This document shows, one piece after another, positions 9,279 through 18,258 of a stretch of DNA of 64,000 bases. Source of the stretch: a virus; UHGV virus genome UHGV-0092003. The stretch is one strand, 5' to 3'. The notes beneath the pieces were generated by a model that saw only the letters and a list, made by a program, of their open reading frames with translations, searched no databases and was not told where the DNA came from. Within the stretch, counting starts at the first letter, position 1; each line of letters opens with the position of its first letter. A program made the position numbers and the translations under genes.

Positions 9279-10256
9279 ATGTCCGCTTTAATGAACCTTC
9301 TGAAGAAAAGCCAAGAAGTTGCGAAAAACGCACGCGGCAATCGCGGAAACGATCTGCAAAAGATGCAACCAGGCGAAAACTACGTTCGTATCATCCTGAA
9401 CAAAGACGACCCTGACAATATTCCATTCTCTCACAAGTACGGCATTCACTATGCCAAAACTAAAGGCGAAGATGGGAAGGACGTATACAGCGCTCACCTG
9501 TGCTTCCAGCATACCCATGATAAGCCGTGCGAAATGTGCGAAATGGTTATGGAAGCTAAAGCGAAGTACAAAGGCAACAAAGCCATGGAAAAAGTCATCG
9601 ACGATATGCGCGCCTCTCCGCGTATGGCTGTTGTCGGCATGTGGTCTCAGAAAGAAGACTTCAGCGACACCGATAAGACTTCTCTCATCGATATGCCTAT
9701 GTCCGTGTTTGACGACCTGATGGACGCCATTATGCAGGATATGAACGATGAGATCGGCGAACCGCTGAGCCGCGAAAAAGGTTACGCGTATCAAATTACT
9801 CGTACCGGCTCTGGTCTGGATACTGACTACAAAATCAAGCCGATGCGTAAAAACAAAACAGCAGTTCCGGCTAAGTTCTGGGATAACCAACCGTCTCTGG
9901 AACAGTTTGTAAACCAGACCGATCCGACAAAACTGATGGCGACCTCCAAAATGATTGCTCGCGCGACCGGTATCGCACTGCCAGCGTCAATGGGTTCAAG
10001 CGCCGGTGCTCTGCCAACCCCAACCGGCAAAGCAGCTGCATCTCTTCCGGGCATGTCCATTACCGGCGTAGATGATTCAACTGTTGAAGCCTCTTTGCTG
10101 GATAAAGAAGTTGAATACGCAAAAGAAGCCGTATTCGAGCCAGAAGAGAAAGAAGTGAAAGAGGTAAAAGAAGCGCCAGCAAGCGAGCCAGTAGCTGAGC
10201 CGGAAAACGAAGATCTGGATGACATTTACGCGCAACTTAACGCGCTTTCTATGTAA
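9279..10256 (+). CDS. gp32-like single-stranded DNA-binding protein (putative)
   Basis: 325 aa. H-x12-C-x9-C-x2-C zinc motif (HLCFQHTHDKPCEMCEM) like T4 gp32. Strongly acidic C-terminal tail ending EDLDDIYAQLNALSM. Sits in the replication-gene block. Confidence 0.5.
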   Translation: MSALMNLLKKSQEVAKNARGNRGNDLQKMQPGENYVRIILNKDDPDNIPFSHKYGIHYAKTKGEDGKDVYSAHLCFQHTHDKPCEMCEMVMEAKAKYKGNKAMEKVIDDMRASPRMAVVGMWSQKEDFSDTDKTSLIDMPMSVFDDLMDAIMQDMNDEIGEPLSREKGYAYQITRTGSGLDTDYKIKPMRKNKTAVPAKFWDNQPSLEQFVNQTDPTKLMATSKMIARATGIALPASMGSSAGALPTPTGKAAASLPGMSITGVDDSTVEASLLDKEVEYAKEAVFEPEEKEVKEVKEAPASEPVAEPENEDLDDIYAQLNALSM

Positions 10257-10272
10257 GCCAGCCGTTGATTTT

Positions 10273-10300
10273 AAAGGCGTCTTCGGACGCCTTATTTATT
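10273..10300 (+). terminator. rho-independent terminator
   Basis: AAAGGCGTC-TTCG-GACGCCTT hairpin followed by ATTTATT. Confidence 0.6.
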
Positions 10301-10301
10301 C

Positions 10302-11279
10302 GTGGAGAACAATGCCGTGAACATTTTAATAATCGACGGAAATAGCCTCGGTTACTACCACCAGCAGCAACCCAAAAAACTTCATAGCGGCGATATGGAG
10401 ACTCAGGCAGTGTTTGGTTTTATCACCAATATGCGCCGCTATGCTTCGCTTCTGAAGGCTCGCCCTATCGTCCTGTGGGATGGCTTCAGTGACAAGCGTC
10501 GCGCGTTTTACCCGGACTACAAAGCCAACCGTGACGACAACGCAGAAATGAAGCAGATGAAAGAAGGTTTTGCCACACAAAAGCCTTTCATCAAAAAAGC
10601 AATCACCGCGCTTGGCGTCGACCAGATCACCGCAATCGACGGCGAAGCTGACGATTTGGCCGGCATTCTGAAGAAGCGCTATGTTGCGTCGAAAGACGTC
10701 GAACATATCTATCTGTTAACCGCGGACTCCGACTGGATTCAGCTGGTTGACGAAAAGGTAACGTGGGTCAGTCTGCGCGAGGACGCTAAGAATAAGCGCA
10801 TCAATATCGAGGCGTTTTCCGAGTTAACCGGCTACCCAACACCACGCGGCTATCTGGAAGGCAAAGCGCTGCAGGGTGATAAGTCGGACAACATTCAGCA
10901 AGTCGGCGGTATTGGCGATAAAGGCGCGATGGATCTGATTAACGAGTATGGCTCCATTGTTACGCTGGTTAAGGGGATTTGCGATGGCTCTATTGTCATG
11001 GACAAAGGTCGCAACAAAACGGCAGTGAATAACCTGGCGAAGAACGCTTTCAATGAGAAAACCGGCTGTCGGATGCTGGAGGCGTTTATGCGGAATATTA
11101 AGTTGATGGATCTCATCGACACCAAATTCGCCCCGGAGAAGCTGGAAATTATTCGCGGTGAGCAAAGTCTGGAAGCATTTAAGCAAATCTGTATGCAGTT
11201 AAATTTCCAGTCAATCCTCAGCGATCTGGATGTTTTTGTCGTGCCGTTCGTTAAGCGCTGCGGGTTGGTGGCTGAATGA
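10302..11279 (+). CDS. 5'-3' exonuclease / flap endonuclease (FEN, T5 D15 / T4 RNase H family)
   Basis: GTG start. 325 aa. Motifs ILIIDGNSLGYY, LWDGFSDKRRAFYPDYKANR, GEADDL. Helix-3-turn-helix region GIGDKGAMDLI. Confidence 0.85.
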   Translation: MENNAVNILIIDGNSLGYYHQQQPKKLHSGDMETQAVFGFITNMRRYASLLKARPIVLWDGFSDKRRAFYPDYKANRDDNAEMKQMKEGFATQKPFIKKAITALGVDQITAIDGEADDLAGILKKRYVASKDVEHIYLLTADSDWIQLVDEKVTWVSLREDAKNKRINIEAFSELTGYPTPRGYLEGKALQGDKSDNIQQVGGIGDKGAMDLINEYGSIVTLVKGICDGSIVMDKGRNKTAVNNLAKNAFNEKTGCRMLEAFMRNIKLMDLIDTKFAPEKLEIIRGEQSLEAFKQICMQLNFQSILSDLDVFVVPFVKRCGLVAE

Positions 11280-11536
11280 TTGCGTCAATTATTACTGGAA
11301 AATCCACTACGCCGACCGCGCTGGCGAAGGAGTTAGTCTTCACCTATGGCGAGTATGTTGTGTCTGATTTTAACGCGTGCATCATCGGTCACAAAATCGC
11401 TCTGACAGCGCGTGAAGTAGATATCGTGAAAGGCCATATTCTCACCATCATTGAGCGATCCGCAAAAATGATGAACTGCGACACCATCACATTTAACCGT
11501 GAACAAGCCGAAAAAGAAATCGGCTTAACTAAATAA
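11276..11536 (+). CDS. hypothetical protein
   Basis: 86 aa. ATGA overlap with the FEN gene. Confidence 0.45.
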   Translation: MIASIITGKSTTPTALAKELVFTYGEYVVSDFNACIIGHKIALTAREVDIVKGHILTIIERSAKMMNCDTITFNREQAEKEIGLTK

Positions 11537-11552
11537 AACCAAAGGAAAACAC

Positions 11553-12620
11553 ATGAAAAAGTCACCATTAGCAGTAGCCATGAAAAAGCGTATCGGCGGA
11601 AATGATGAGATCCAAAAAGTCGAGCAATGGCTGGATACCGGTTTCCCCCCGTTAAACGAAGCCGTTTCTGGTGATCTGGAAGGCGGGCTTCCTTGTGGGC
11701 GTATTGTGGAGATTTTTGGGCCTCCGTCTGCAGGCAAAACTTTCCTCGCAACCCGCGCGATGATTGCTGCGCAGAAAGTTGGTGGTATTGCGGTATTCCT
11801 CGATCATGAAAACAGTTTTGACGTTGGTCTGGCAGAAGTTATGGGACTTCAGTCTGATGAAGATGAAGGTAATTGGGTTTACAAGCAGCCAGACACCTTT
11901 GAGGATGCTATCGACTTGACCGGGCAAATCCTGTCTCTGGTTCGCAAGGAGAATCTGATCCCAGCTGAAGCGCCCATCGTCATTGTTTATGACTCACTGG
12001 CCTCCATGGTTCCGCGCCAGAAGTTCGAAAAGTTCGAGAAGATGGCAGATGGCACGGCCAAAGAGAAAGACGAGCTGAATATGAACGACAATACGGCACT
12101 GGCTCGCGCGACTTCGGCAAATCTCCCAACGCTGGCTAAGTGGGCGCAGAAGTACAATGCCTGCCTCATTTTCCTGAACCAAGTGCGTACAAAAATGGGC
12201 GTCATGTTCGGAGACCCTACCACTTCCCCAGGCGGCGACTCCCCAAAATTCTACGCTTCCGTCCGCATCAAGCTGGGTGGCGGTCAGTTGAAAGAAGGTG
12301 GCGATCGCGTTGGTCAGCTGGTTAAAGCAGAGTGCGTAAAAAACAAGGTGGCGCCACCGTTCCAGAAATGCGAGTGGAACTTCTACTTCGACCCTGCGCG
12401 TGGTCTGGACGTCGTAGAATCGCTTGTAGAGTACATGCTTGAAAAGGGCTACATTCCGAAGACGTCCACAGGCCGCATCGAGATTGGCGACAAGAAGTAC
12501 ACCAAGTCGCAGATCGTCGATATGTACCGCGAGAAGGAATTAAGCGAAATCGTGAAGGCGATTAAGTCGATTCAGGCGAAGATGAAGTCGAAAGATGAAC
12601 CTGAAGTCGCTGAAGCCTGA
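11553..12620 (+). CDS. recA: RecA-like recombinase
   Basis: 355 aa. GRIVEIFGPPSAGKTFLATRAMIAAQKVGGIAVFLDHENSFD is colinear with RecA [42 protein letters not shown]. Walker B IVIVYDSLASM. Confidence 0.8.
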   Translation: MKKSPLAVAMKKRIGGNDEIQKVEQWLDTGFPPLNEAVSGDLEGGLPCGRIVEIFGPPSAGKTFLATRAMIAAQKVGGIAVFLDHENSFDVGLAEVMGLQSDEDEGNWVYKQPDTFEDAIDLTGQILSLVRKENLIPAEAPIVIVYDSLASMVPRQKFEKFEKMADGTAKEKDELNMNDNTALARATSANLPTLAKWAQKYNACLIFLNQVRTKMGVMFGDPTTSPGGDSPKFYASVRIKLGGGQLKEGGDRVGQLVKAECVKNKVAPPFQKCEWNFYFDPARGLDVVESLVEYMLEKGYIPKTSTGRIEIGDKKYTKSQIVDMYREKELSEIVKAIKSIQAKMKSKDEPEVAEA

Positions 12621-12771
12621 TCCAGTCATCTAGCCCAAACTTGAATTAGCAATCTCCCGGCGCAGAGCTTAACGTCATGCACCAGTCAGCTCTGTGCCGA
12701 AACGGGACTCCTGATATGATAAACTAACCAGGCGCGTCTCGCTTCGTTGCGCAATCAGAATCACCTACTTT

Positions 12772-12800
12772 TCACCCGCTCATACGAGCGGTTTTTTTTA
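12772..12800 (+). terminator. rho-independent terminator
   Basis: CCGCTC-ATAC-GAGCGG followed by TTTTTTTT. Confidence 0.6.
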
Positions 12801-13091
12801 TGCAAAGATTCGGTCTTGACGAACACAGCGAAGAAGACATCATTTGATACCTTCATGCTATGCCATATATTGACTCTGCCAATGACTTCATCATAGATTG
12901 TCAAGGTGGTGAATCCCCCTGAGCGGTGGGGCGACCAGTCAGTTACAGTGATCTGTAAATGCAGCGCGAGCCATGTCGGCTGGGACATGCTCACCGGGAG
13001 GCACCCGGCACCACAAGCGTTACTAAGCAAATTCGTAGCAGAATTAACCCCTTGTTAACCCTGTTATGTTTAACAAATCCAATTTCAACCC

Positions 13092-13128
13092 GCCCCCCCT
13101 TGTGCGGGTTTTTTTTTAACTCAAACTG
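13092..13128 (+). terminator. rho-independent terminator (plus-strand polarity)
   Basis: CCCGC-(C-rich loop)-GCGGG followed by TTTTTTTTT. Confidence 0.55.
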
Positions 13129-13129
13129 C

Positions 13130-13855
13130 TTAGCGGTCTTCCTTGCTCCCCTTTCTGACGCCAACTTTAGAGAAATGGCCATACATTGCGCCAAGGCTGG
13201 CAAATGGAAATTTTTCGCCCATTTGTGCCCGAATATCCTTACCTGTATATTCGCCAGATGCCCACATATCAGTACATGCAGCTTTAAGTTGAACACGGGG
13301 ATCTACCGGTTTCGGTTTAAGGGGCTTCTTACGAGGTTTTCTCGGATGCTCAGGTATGATGCCATTTTTCTTAAACCAGCGTCTAAGTGCGCCGACGTTT
13401 TTCATACCTAACTCGGGAGAGAGTTCATCAAAGATTTGTCGGGTTGTGTGCTGGCCGGCTTTCCTTAACTCCACGGCTCTTTCTCTCAAAATTGCTCGCG
13501 GATTATTCGGAGCGTCGGGCGACTCGGAGTTTCTTATGTATCCATTTTGCCGGAACCAGAAAAGAAGAGATCCCTTGCGCTGTATACCCAGACGGCCTTT
13601 AAACATTTCAAGTAATTCGGGAGCGCTATACAGACCTGAAATCCATAGCGCGGCAGCTTCATGCCTGTTTTCATTGATTTTTTCTTTGGACTTGGAGCCT
13701 CGGATCTTGCCTTGTGATGAAAGCCAATGAACGAGTTCAGCTGAAGAACTCATGCCCATTCGTTTTCCTAACACCATAAGGATCATGTCAGCATCAAAGG
13801 CCCCACTCTCCCATAGCTCAATGGCTTTTAACCCAGCCAACTCTCTGTCTGTCAT
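13130..13855 (-). CDS. tandem helix-turn-helix DNA-binding protein (four ~55-aa repeats)
   Basis: 241 aa. Internal repeats, each ending in a basic tail (e.g. RRWFKKNGIIPEHPRKPRKK). A lone minus-strand gene inside a + strand block. Confidence 0.45.
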   Translation of the reverse strand: MTDRELAGLKAIELWESGAFDADMILMVLGKRMGMSSSAELVHWLSSQGKIRGSKSKEKINENRHEAAALWISGLYSAPELLEMFKGRLGIQRKGSLLFWFRQNGYIRNSESPDAPNNPRAILRERAVELRKAGQHTTRQIFDELSPELGMKNVGALRRWFKKNGIIPEHPRKPRKKPLKPKPVDPRVQLKAACTDMWASGEYTGKDIRAQMGEKFPFASLGAMYGHFSKVGVRKGSKEDR

Positions 13856-13977
13856 TCGTCTTCCAGGCCGCTAAAAAGAACATGTTATGCAGGATAAAAG
13901 CAGGGTTCAATATGTTTCGCTTGATGATAAGTAAGCACTTATTTATTATGTATAAGCTTTTCAACAAGAGAAAACAC

Positions 13978-14181
13978 ATGACCACAAAACTGTATTTAAA
14001 AATCTGCGCACTGATCTCGTTTGCGATGTCGATGGCAGGGTTAGTCATCCCCTATCTCGTGTCTCAAAAGAGCGACGTTGCTGTCCTGATTGGCTTCGTG
14101 CTGATGTTCACAACCCCCTTCGCTTCCTATAAAGCGGCTAAAAGCATTATCCATCAACTAATTACAGGAAAAACAAAATGA
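13978..14181 (+). CDS. small membrane protein (68 aa)
   Basis: True start at the conserved AGAGAAAACACATG. Two hydrophobic helices. ATGA overlap with the SPFH gene. The track ORF start at 13882 is likely too far upstream. Confidence 0.45.
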   Translation: MTTKLYLKICALISFAMSMAGLVIPYLVSQKSDVAVLIGFVLMFTTPFASYKAAKSIIHQLITGKTK

Positions 14182-15005
14182 AAAAGGGAATTATCGCACT
14201 GGCTGTCGTAGCGGCCATGACCATGTTAACAGGCTGCGAGTACGTTAAGCCTGGTGAAGTGGGTATCAAGGTCAACAAATTAGGTGACGACAAAGGTGTT
14301 GGGGAAGTTGTTGGCGTTGGCCGTCAATGGATTGGCTGGAATACCACTCTGTACACCTTCCCTACCTTCAAGCAGATGAAGTCGTATGAAGACGCCTTCA
14401 ACTTCCAAATGAGCGATGGTACAGCGATCGGCTATCACATTGGTGTAACTTACAAAGTAGACCCGACCAAAGTCACCACCATCTTCCAGACCTACCGTAA
14501 AGGCGTCGACGATATCACCGAAACCGATCTGAAACAGAAGATCGCAGACGTACTGATTAAACAGGCCAGTCACATGACCACTGACCGCTTTATCGACGGC
14601 GGCAAAACTGAACTTTTGGATAATTCACTGAAAGCTATTCAGACCGAAATGGGGCCGGTTGGAATTCAGGTTCTCAGTCTGTCTTGGATGGGTAAACCGG
14701 AGTACCCGCCGAGCGTTATCGAGTCCATTAACGCCAAAGTAACGGCAAACCAGACCACGCTGCAACGTGAGCAGCAGGTTAAGCAAAAAGAAGCTGAAGC
14801 AAACATGGTTCGCGCCCAGGCAGCGGGTGAAGCTGACGCCAAGGAAACTCTGGCTAAGGCTGATGCTGAATCTATCCGCATCCGCGGTGATGCTCTCCGC
14901 CAGAACCCGGAGGTTATGCAGCTGGAAGCCATCAACAAATGGAACGGCACACTGCCGCAGTACATGACCAACGGCGCGAATACCCCATTCATTACCGTTA
15001 AGTAA
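14178..15005 (+). CDS. SPFH/band-7 (HflC/prohibitin-like) lipoprotein
   Basis: 275 aa. Signal peptide plus lipobox LTGC. SPFH core. C-terminal Ala/Glu/Lys coiled coil (QREQQVKQKEAEANMVRAQAAGEADAKE). Confidence 0.7.
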   Translation: MKKGIIALAVVAAMTMLTGCEYVKPGEVGIKVNKLGDDKGVGEVVGVGRQWIGWNTTLYTFPTFKQMKSYEDAFNFQMSDGTAIGYHIGVTYKVDPTKVTTIFQTYRKGVDDITETDLKQKIADVLIKQASHMTTDRFIDGGKTELLDNSLKAIQTEMGPVGIQVLSLSWMGKPEYPPSVIESINAKVTANQTTLQREQQVKQKEAEANMVRAQAAGEADAKETLAKADAESIRIRGDALRQNPEVMQLEAINKWNGTLPQYMTNGANTPFITVK

Positions 15006-15093
15006 TTCAGTAATCAAAAGGCGTCATTTTTGGCGCCTTTCTCTTCTCAGTAAAATATCAAACATAAGAAAACAACTTGTTTAAGGAGTGAAA

Positions 15094-15351
15094 ATGGATA
15101 ATTCCTGGGTCGATAAAAATCTAACCTCTATCTCGGTTTCAGATATCACAAAGCCGCTAACCGGCCGCATCGCTCGCGTCGATTACTGGTGGCTTGAGAA
15201 AGATGGCCAAGTCTTCAAAACGAAACACAGCAATGCCTTCCAGTGCAACAAAGACCGCCGTGTCATTGATACGGTTTATGCACAAATGATTCGCGACGAT
15301 GGGTTTTCAGTAATCAATATCCCTGTTGCTTACGTGGAGCCAAGACTATGA
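15094..15351 (+). CDS. hypothetical protein
   Basis: Preceded by CATAAGAAAACAACTTGTTTAAGGAG, which contains both the dyad and the SD. ATG 15094 is preferred over GTG 15088. Confidence 0.5.
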   Translation: MDNSWVDKNLTSISVSDITKPLTGRIARVDYWWLEKDGQVFKTKHSNAFQCNKDRRVIDTVYAQMIRDDGFSVINIPVAYVEPRL

Positions 15352-16088
15352 CGGTAACTAGACAAAAGCCTGAAGTGAGCAGCGGCACAGCGTTCAAAAA
15401 TCGAGACATGGTAACGCATCCGGCATTTGGTCTGGTTCGAGTTGGTCGTGTCAATTCATCCGGCACCAATCTGTTCGACTCTGACATCGATCACCGCGAG
15501 TTAATTGAATTAACGTTCCATACAGCGGCCATTGAGCAGGATGGATACAGCAATCGCGTCACTAAAGGAGAAGACCGCAGCCCTCTTCTGGTAGCTCGAC
15601 TCAGCGCGGCGCAGTGGGCAGCGATGGTATCCAGCTTCGGCGTTGGCGAGGGTGTTCCATGCACTCTGTCTAAGATCCGCGATGGAAAGCTCGTTCACCT
15701 TCCTGAAATAGAGAAGTCTGAAACGATGCACGAGCGTTTCTCTAATGATATCGCGGCGCGAGTACGCAAAGACATCACCAGGATCGAAGCAATTACCGAC
15801 AAACTCGGTTCACTGATCGCCAGCGGGAAAATTGGCAAACGCGATTTGCGCGACATCTACGACTCCCTATCCAGCGCAGTCAACAACCTGCCAGGCAACA
15901 TGGCATTCGGCGCTGAGCTAACCCAAGAAGCGGTCGACAAAATAGTGGCTTCCGGGAAAGCGGAAGTTGAAGCGTATATCGCCGGCGCTGCGATGCGTCT
16001 GGGACTTGAGCAAATGGTCACAACCGGCCCAGAACTCAACATCAACGAGGATATTTTGAAAATGCTGGAGAGTAAGAATGGCGCCTAA
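15348..16088 (+). CDS. hypothetical protein
   Basis: 246 aa. ATGA-coupled to the upstream gene. Confidence 0.5.
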   Translation: MTVTRQKPEVSSGTAFKNRDMVTHPAFGLVRVGRVNSSGTNLFDSDIDHRELIELTFHTAAIEQDGYSNRVTKGEDRSPLLVARLSAAQWAAMVSSFGVGEGVPCTLSKIRDGKLVHLPEIEKSETMHERFSNDIAARVRKDITRIEAITDKLGSLIASGKIGKRDLRDIYDSLSSAVNNLPGNMAFGAELTQEAVDKIVASGKAEVEAYIAGAAMRLGLEQMVTTGPELNINEDILKMLESKNGA

Positions 16089-16389
16089 TTACGGACAAAT
16101 TTTTGAATGTCTGAAGTCTATGTATGAGGTTGAAAGCGACGATTCGGTCTGGGAAATCCTCAATCAAAGCGATGACCCTGTTGAAGAGATCGCGAAGGCT
16201 CTGAAGCTATTGGGGAATCCGAACGTCGGGCTGGAGTGGGATGCTGATGGTGAGCCTAACTTTTACACCCTACTCCGAAACGGAAAATGGTTCGCCAAGG
16301 TTCAGCTCAACGGCGAGATGAGTACCAGCCAGCAAGAAGCCTTTTTAAGCACGTTTGCCACTAAACACGAGAGGAAGCCAAATGCGTAA
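16078..16389 (+). CDS. hypothetical acidic protein
   Basis: 103 aa. Overlaps both neighbours. Confidence 0.5.
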   Translation: MAPNYGQIFECLKSMYEVESDDSVWEILNQSDDPVEEIAKALKLLGNPNVGLEWDADGEPNFYTLLRNGKWFAKVQLNGEMSTSQQEAFLSTFATKHERKPNA

Positions 16390-16534
16390 CAAATACCCAG
16401 GCTGCTGCTACTACTGCAAGAATTGGGTCGCCAAAGGTGAAGGTCATTTTGAGCGCTTCGCTGGTCGATTCCGCGTTATTCACGCCGATTGTGTGCTGAA
16501 ACAACGCCAGGCGAAATCCGCGGCCGCTGCGTGA
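16382..16534 (+). CDS. small zinc-ribbon-like protein (50 aa, below the track cutoff)
   Basis: MRNKYPGCCYYCKNWV...HADCVLKQ, i.e. CxxC...HxxC. Start overlaps the stop of the upstream gene. Confidence 0.3.
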   Translation: MRNKYPGCCYYCKNWVAKGEGHFERFAGRFRVIHADCVLKQRQAKSAAAA

Positions 16535-16579
16535 TGCAGCTCTTACCTAAAAGAATGTTGTAACTATATAAGGCAAAAC

Positions 16580-16777
16580 ATGATCACTATCGAATGCACA
16601 GGTACACGTCCGGGCATCAACTGGTTCACTCCGGGCAAAAAATACTCTGGATATGCTGACGCAGACGGACAAGCCATCCATACGAAAGACGACTTCGGTC
16701 GCGATACGTTCGTCTTTTTTGCTGCGTCCCTTCATGGCACATTCATAGAGGTAAAAAACAGTGACATTACAGCGTAA
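16580..16777 (+). CDS. hypothetical protein
   Basis: 65 aa. Preferred over the antisense 16547-16813 ORF because of strand continuity. Confidence 0.3.
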   Translation: MITIECTGTRPGINWFTPGKKYSGYADADGQAIHTKDDFGRDTFVFFAASLHGTFIEVKNSDITA

Positions 16778-16878
16778 TAGGTAAGTAGAAAGATAATTCT
16801 GTGACCGTGTCACTTATTTTTGCAACCTCATTTAGACACATAAGATAACAACTTGTTTATTACAACAAAGGAAAGCAC

Positions 16879-17151
16879 ATGAAGGCTTTATTACAAGTTT
16901 GCGCATCACTTAATACGTCATATTCACCTTATTCTATTTTAGACGTGCCTGACGGAACGAGCGATGATGACTTGCATGTAATCGCTAGTCAGATCCTGCC
17001 ATCGCTTTATGGTGACGAAAATACCGTTACGGTTGACGAGGATGGTGTTTGCTGGAGTAACGGTGAATGCTGGTATATCGAGGACTTGCGCTTTATTAGC
17101 GAGGAAGACGCGACACATTTGACCCGCATCCTTGGGCTTTCCACGATCTAA
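16879..17151 (+). CDS. hypothetical acidic protein
   Basis: Preceded by the CATAAGATAACAACTTGTTTA dyad plus CAAAGGAAAGCACATG. Confidence 0.5.
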   Translation: MKALLQVCASLNTSYSPYSILDVPDGTSDDDLHVIASQILPSLYGDENTVTVDEDGVCWSNGECWYIEDLRFISEEDATHLTRILGLSTI

Positions 17152-17185
17152 ATAATAAGTAGACATTTATCTATCAAGGTGTATT

Positions 17186-17338
17186 ATGCCGTTCCTGTAT
17201 TTAGCAACATCAGTTTTTTTGCTCTTTGACAGCGTATTCGTTGGCAGTTTCAGAAAAGCCTTAGCACCGGTCAATGGCCGGATTGTAGATGTTTTGGTGG
17301 GCGTGTTTCTGGCTATCACTTTAGGGAAGTTCTTCTAA
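17186..17338 (+). CDS. small membrane protein (50 aa)
   Basis: MPFLYLATSVFLLFDSVFVGSF...LAITLGKFF. Below the track cutoff. Followed directly by the next ATG. Confidence 0.3.
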   Translation: MPFLYLATSVFLLFDSVFVGSFRKALAPVNGRIVDVLVGVFLAITLGKFF

Positions 17339-17340
17339 TC

Positions 17341-17679
17341 ATGAAAACGATTTTTGCAGCTACCCTGACTATCCTGACTTTGCTACCGAATGTAGGCAAC
17401 TCAGCCGTGATGAAATGCCAGATGAACATTATGCGCATAGAGAATGGCGAAATGTCCGGCGCTCCGCATCGTATTGCAGAGGCGATCCTGACAGCTGACT
17501 CCCGTCAATTCTATGCCGTGGTCGGTGAGCGAATAATCAGCTCGCCTATACTATCGGAGAACAAAGGTAATTTGGCCGCTTACCATTCTGGCGCCGCTTA
17601 CTTTATGCGAAAAGACTCCTTCGGCGTGATCTACGACGACTTTGGTTATGTGTTTGATGAATGTGAAAAGGTGGCATGA
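17341..17679 (+). CDS. secreted hypothetical protein
   Basis: 112 aa. N-terminal signal peptide MKTIFAATLTILTLLPNVGNSA. Confidence 0.5.
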   Translation: MKTIFAATLTILTLLPNVGNSAVMKCQMNIMRIENGEMSGAPHRIAEAILTADSRQFYAVVGERIISSPILSENKGNLAAYHSGAAYFMRKDSFGVIYDDFGYVFDECEKVA

Positions 17680-17894
17680 TGAATAACATTGCTAACAGTA
17701 TTGAAATTGAAAAAATCAGACCATATTGGCGTGCCAAGGGCTTTACCCGCCCGGACGACTTCTCAACCAGGTTAGAGCGAAACGACTGTCAGATTGTGTA
17801 TCGCTACCGCTCGTGGCAGATGATTGAAAATGGTGAGACGAAGGCGAAGGCTAAATCACATCGTCTCTACAATCTTCTCTCATCGATCACCTGA
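17676..17894 (+). CDS. hypothetical protein
   Basis: 72 aa. ATGA overlap with the upstream gene. Confidence 0.45.
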   Translation: MMNNIANSIEIEKIRPYWRAKGFTRPDDFSTRLERNDCQIVYRYRSWQMIENGETKAKAKSHRLYNLLSSIT

Positions 17895-17908
17895 CATTAG
17901 ATAAATTG

Positions 17909-17961
17909 TTAGTGGTTACTAACCCTTTGATATCAACGTCTCACAGGTTAGTAACCACTAG
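17909..17961. repeat. 16-bp inverted repeat with nested GGTTAnTAACC palindromes
   Basis: TTAGTGGTTACTAACC ... GGTTAGTAACCACTAG. 15 of 16 positions are complementary. The ~20 bp spacer is not T-rich. Confidence 0.7.
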
Positions 17962-17995
17962 GGGGCTAAATGAAACCCTCTCAAAATGACTCCTG

Positions 17996-18257
17996 ATCGA
18001 AGTCACCGCTGGCGGCATAGTGTACCGCTGACAGCATATCAATTACCGCTGGTAACATACATTGAGCCGCTGACAGCATATCTACAACCGCTGACAGCAT
18101 ACGAAATAAAAAAGCCCTCTATTCGAGGGCTTAAATTTGGTGTGAATAAACGATTCCAGACCTTCCTAATCACCGCTGACAGCATATCTAATAGTCAAAT
18201 CACCGCTGGCAGCATACCATTTGCCGTTCACAGCATATATTGCACCGCTCAGAGCAT
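17996..18257. repeat. iteron array (incA-like), ~9 copies of CCGCTGACAGCATA(T/C) in two sub-clusters
   Basis: Copies at about 17996, 18015, 18037, 18058, 18079, 18171, 18201, 18221, 18243. Spacing is ~21-22 bp. A hairpin (AGCCCTC/GAGGGCT, 18108-18135) separates the sub-clusters. Confidence 0.8.
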
Positions 18258-18258
18258 A

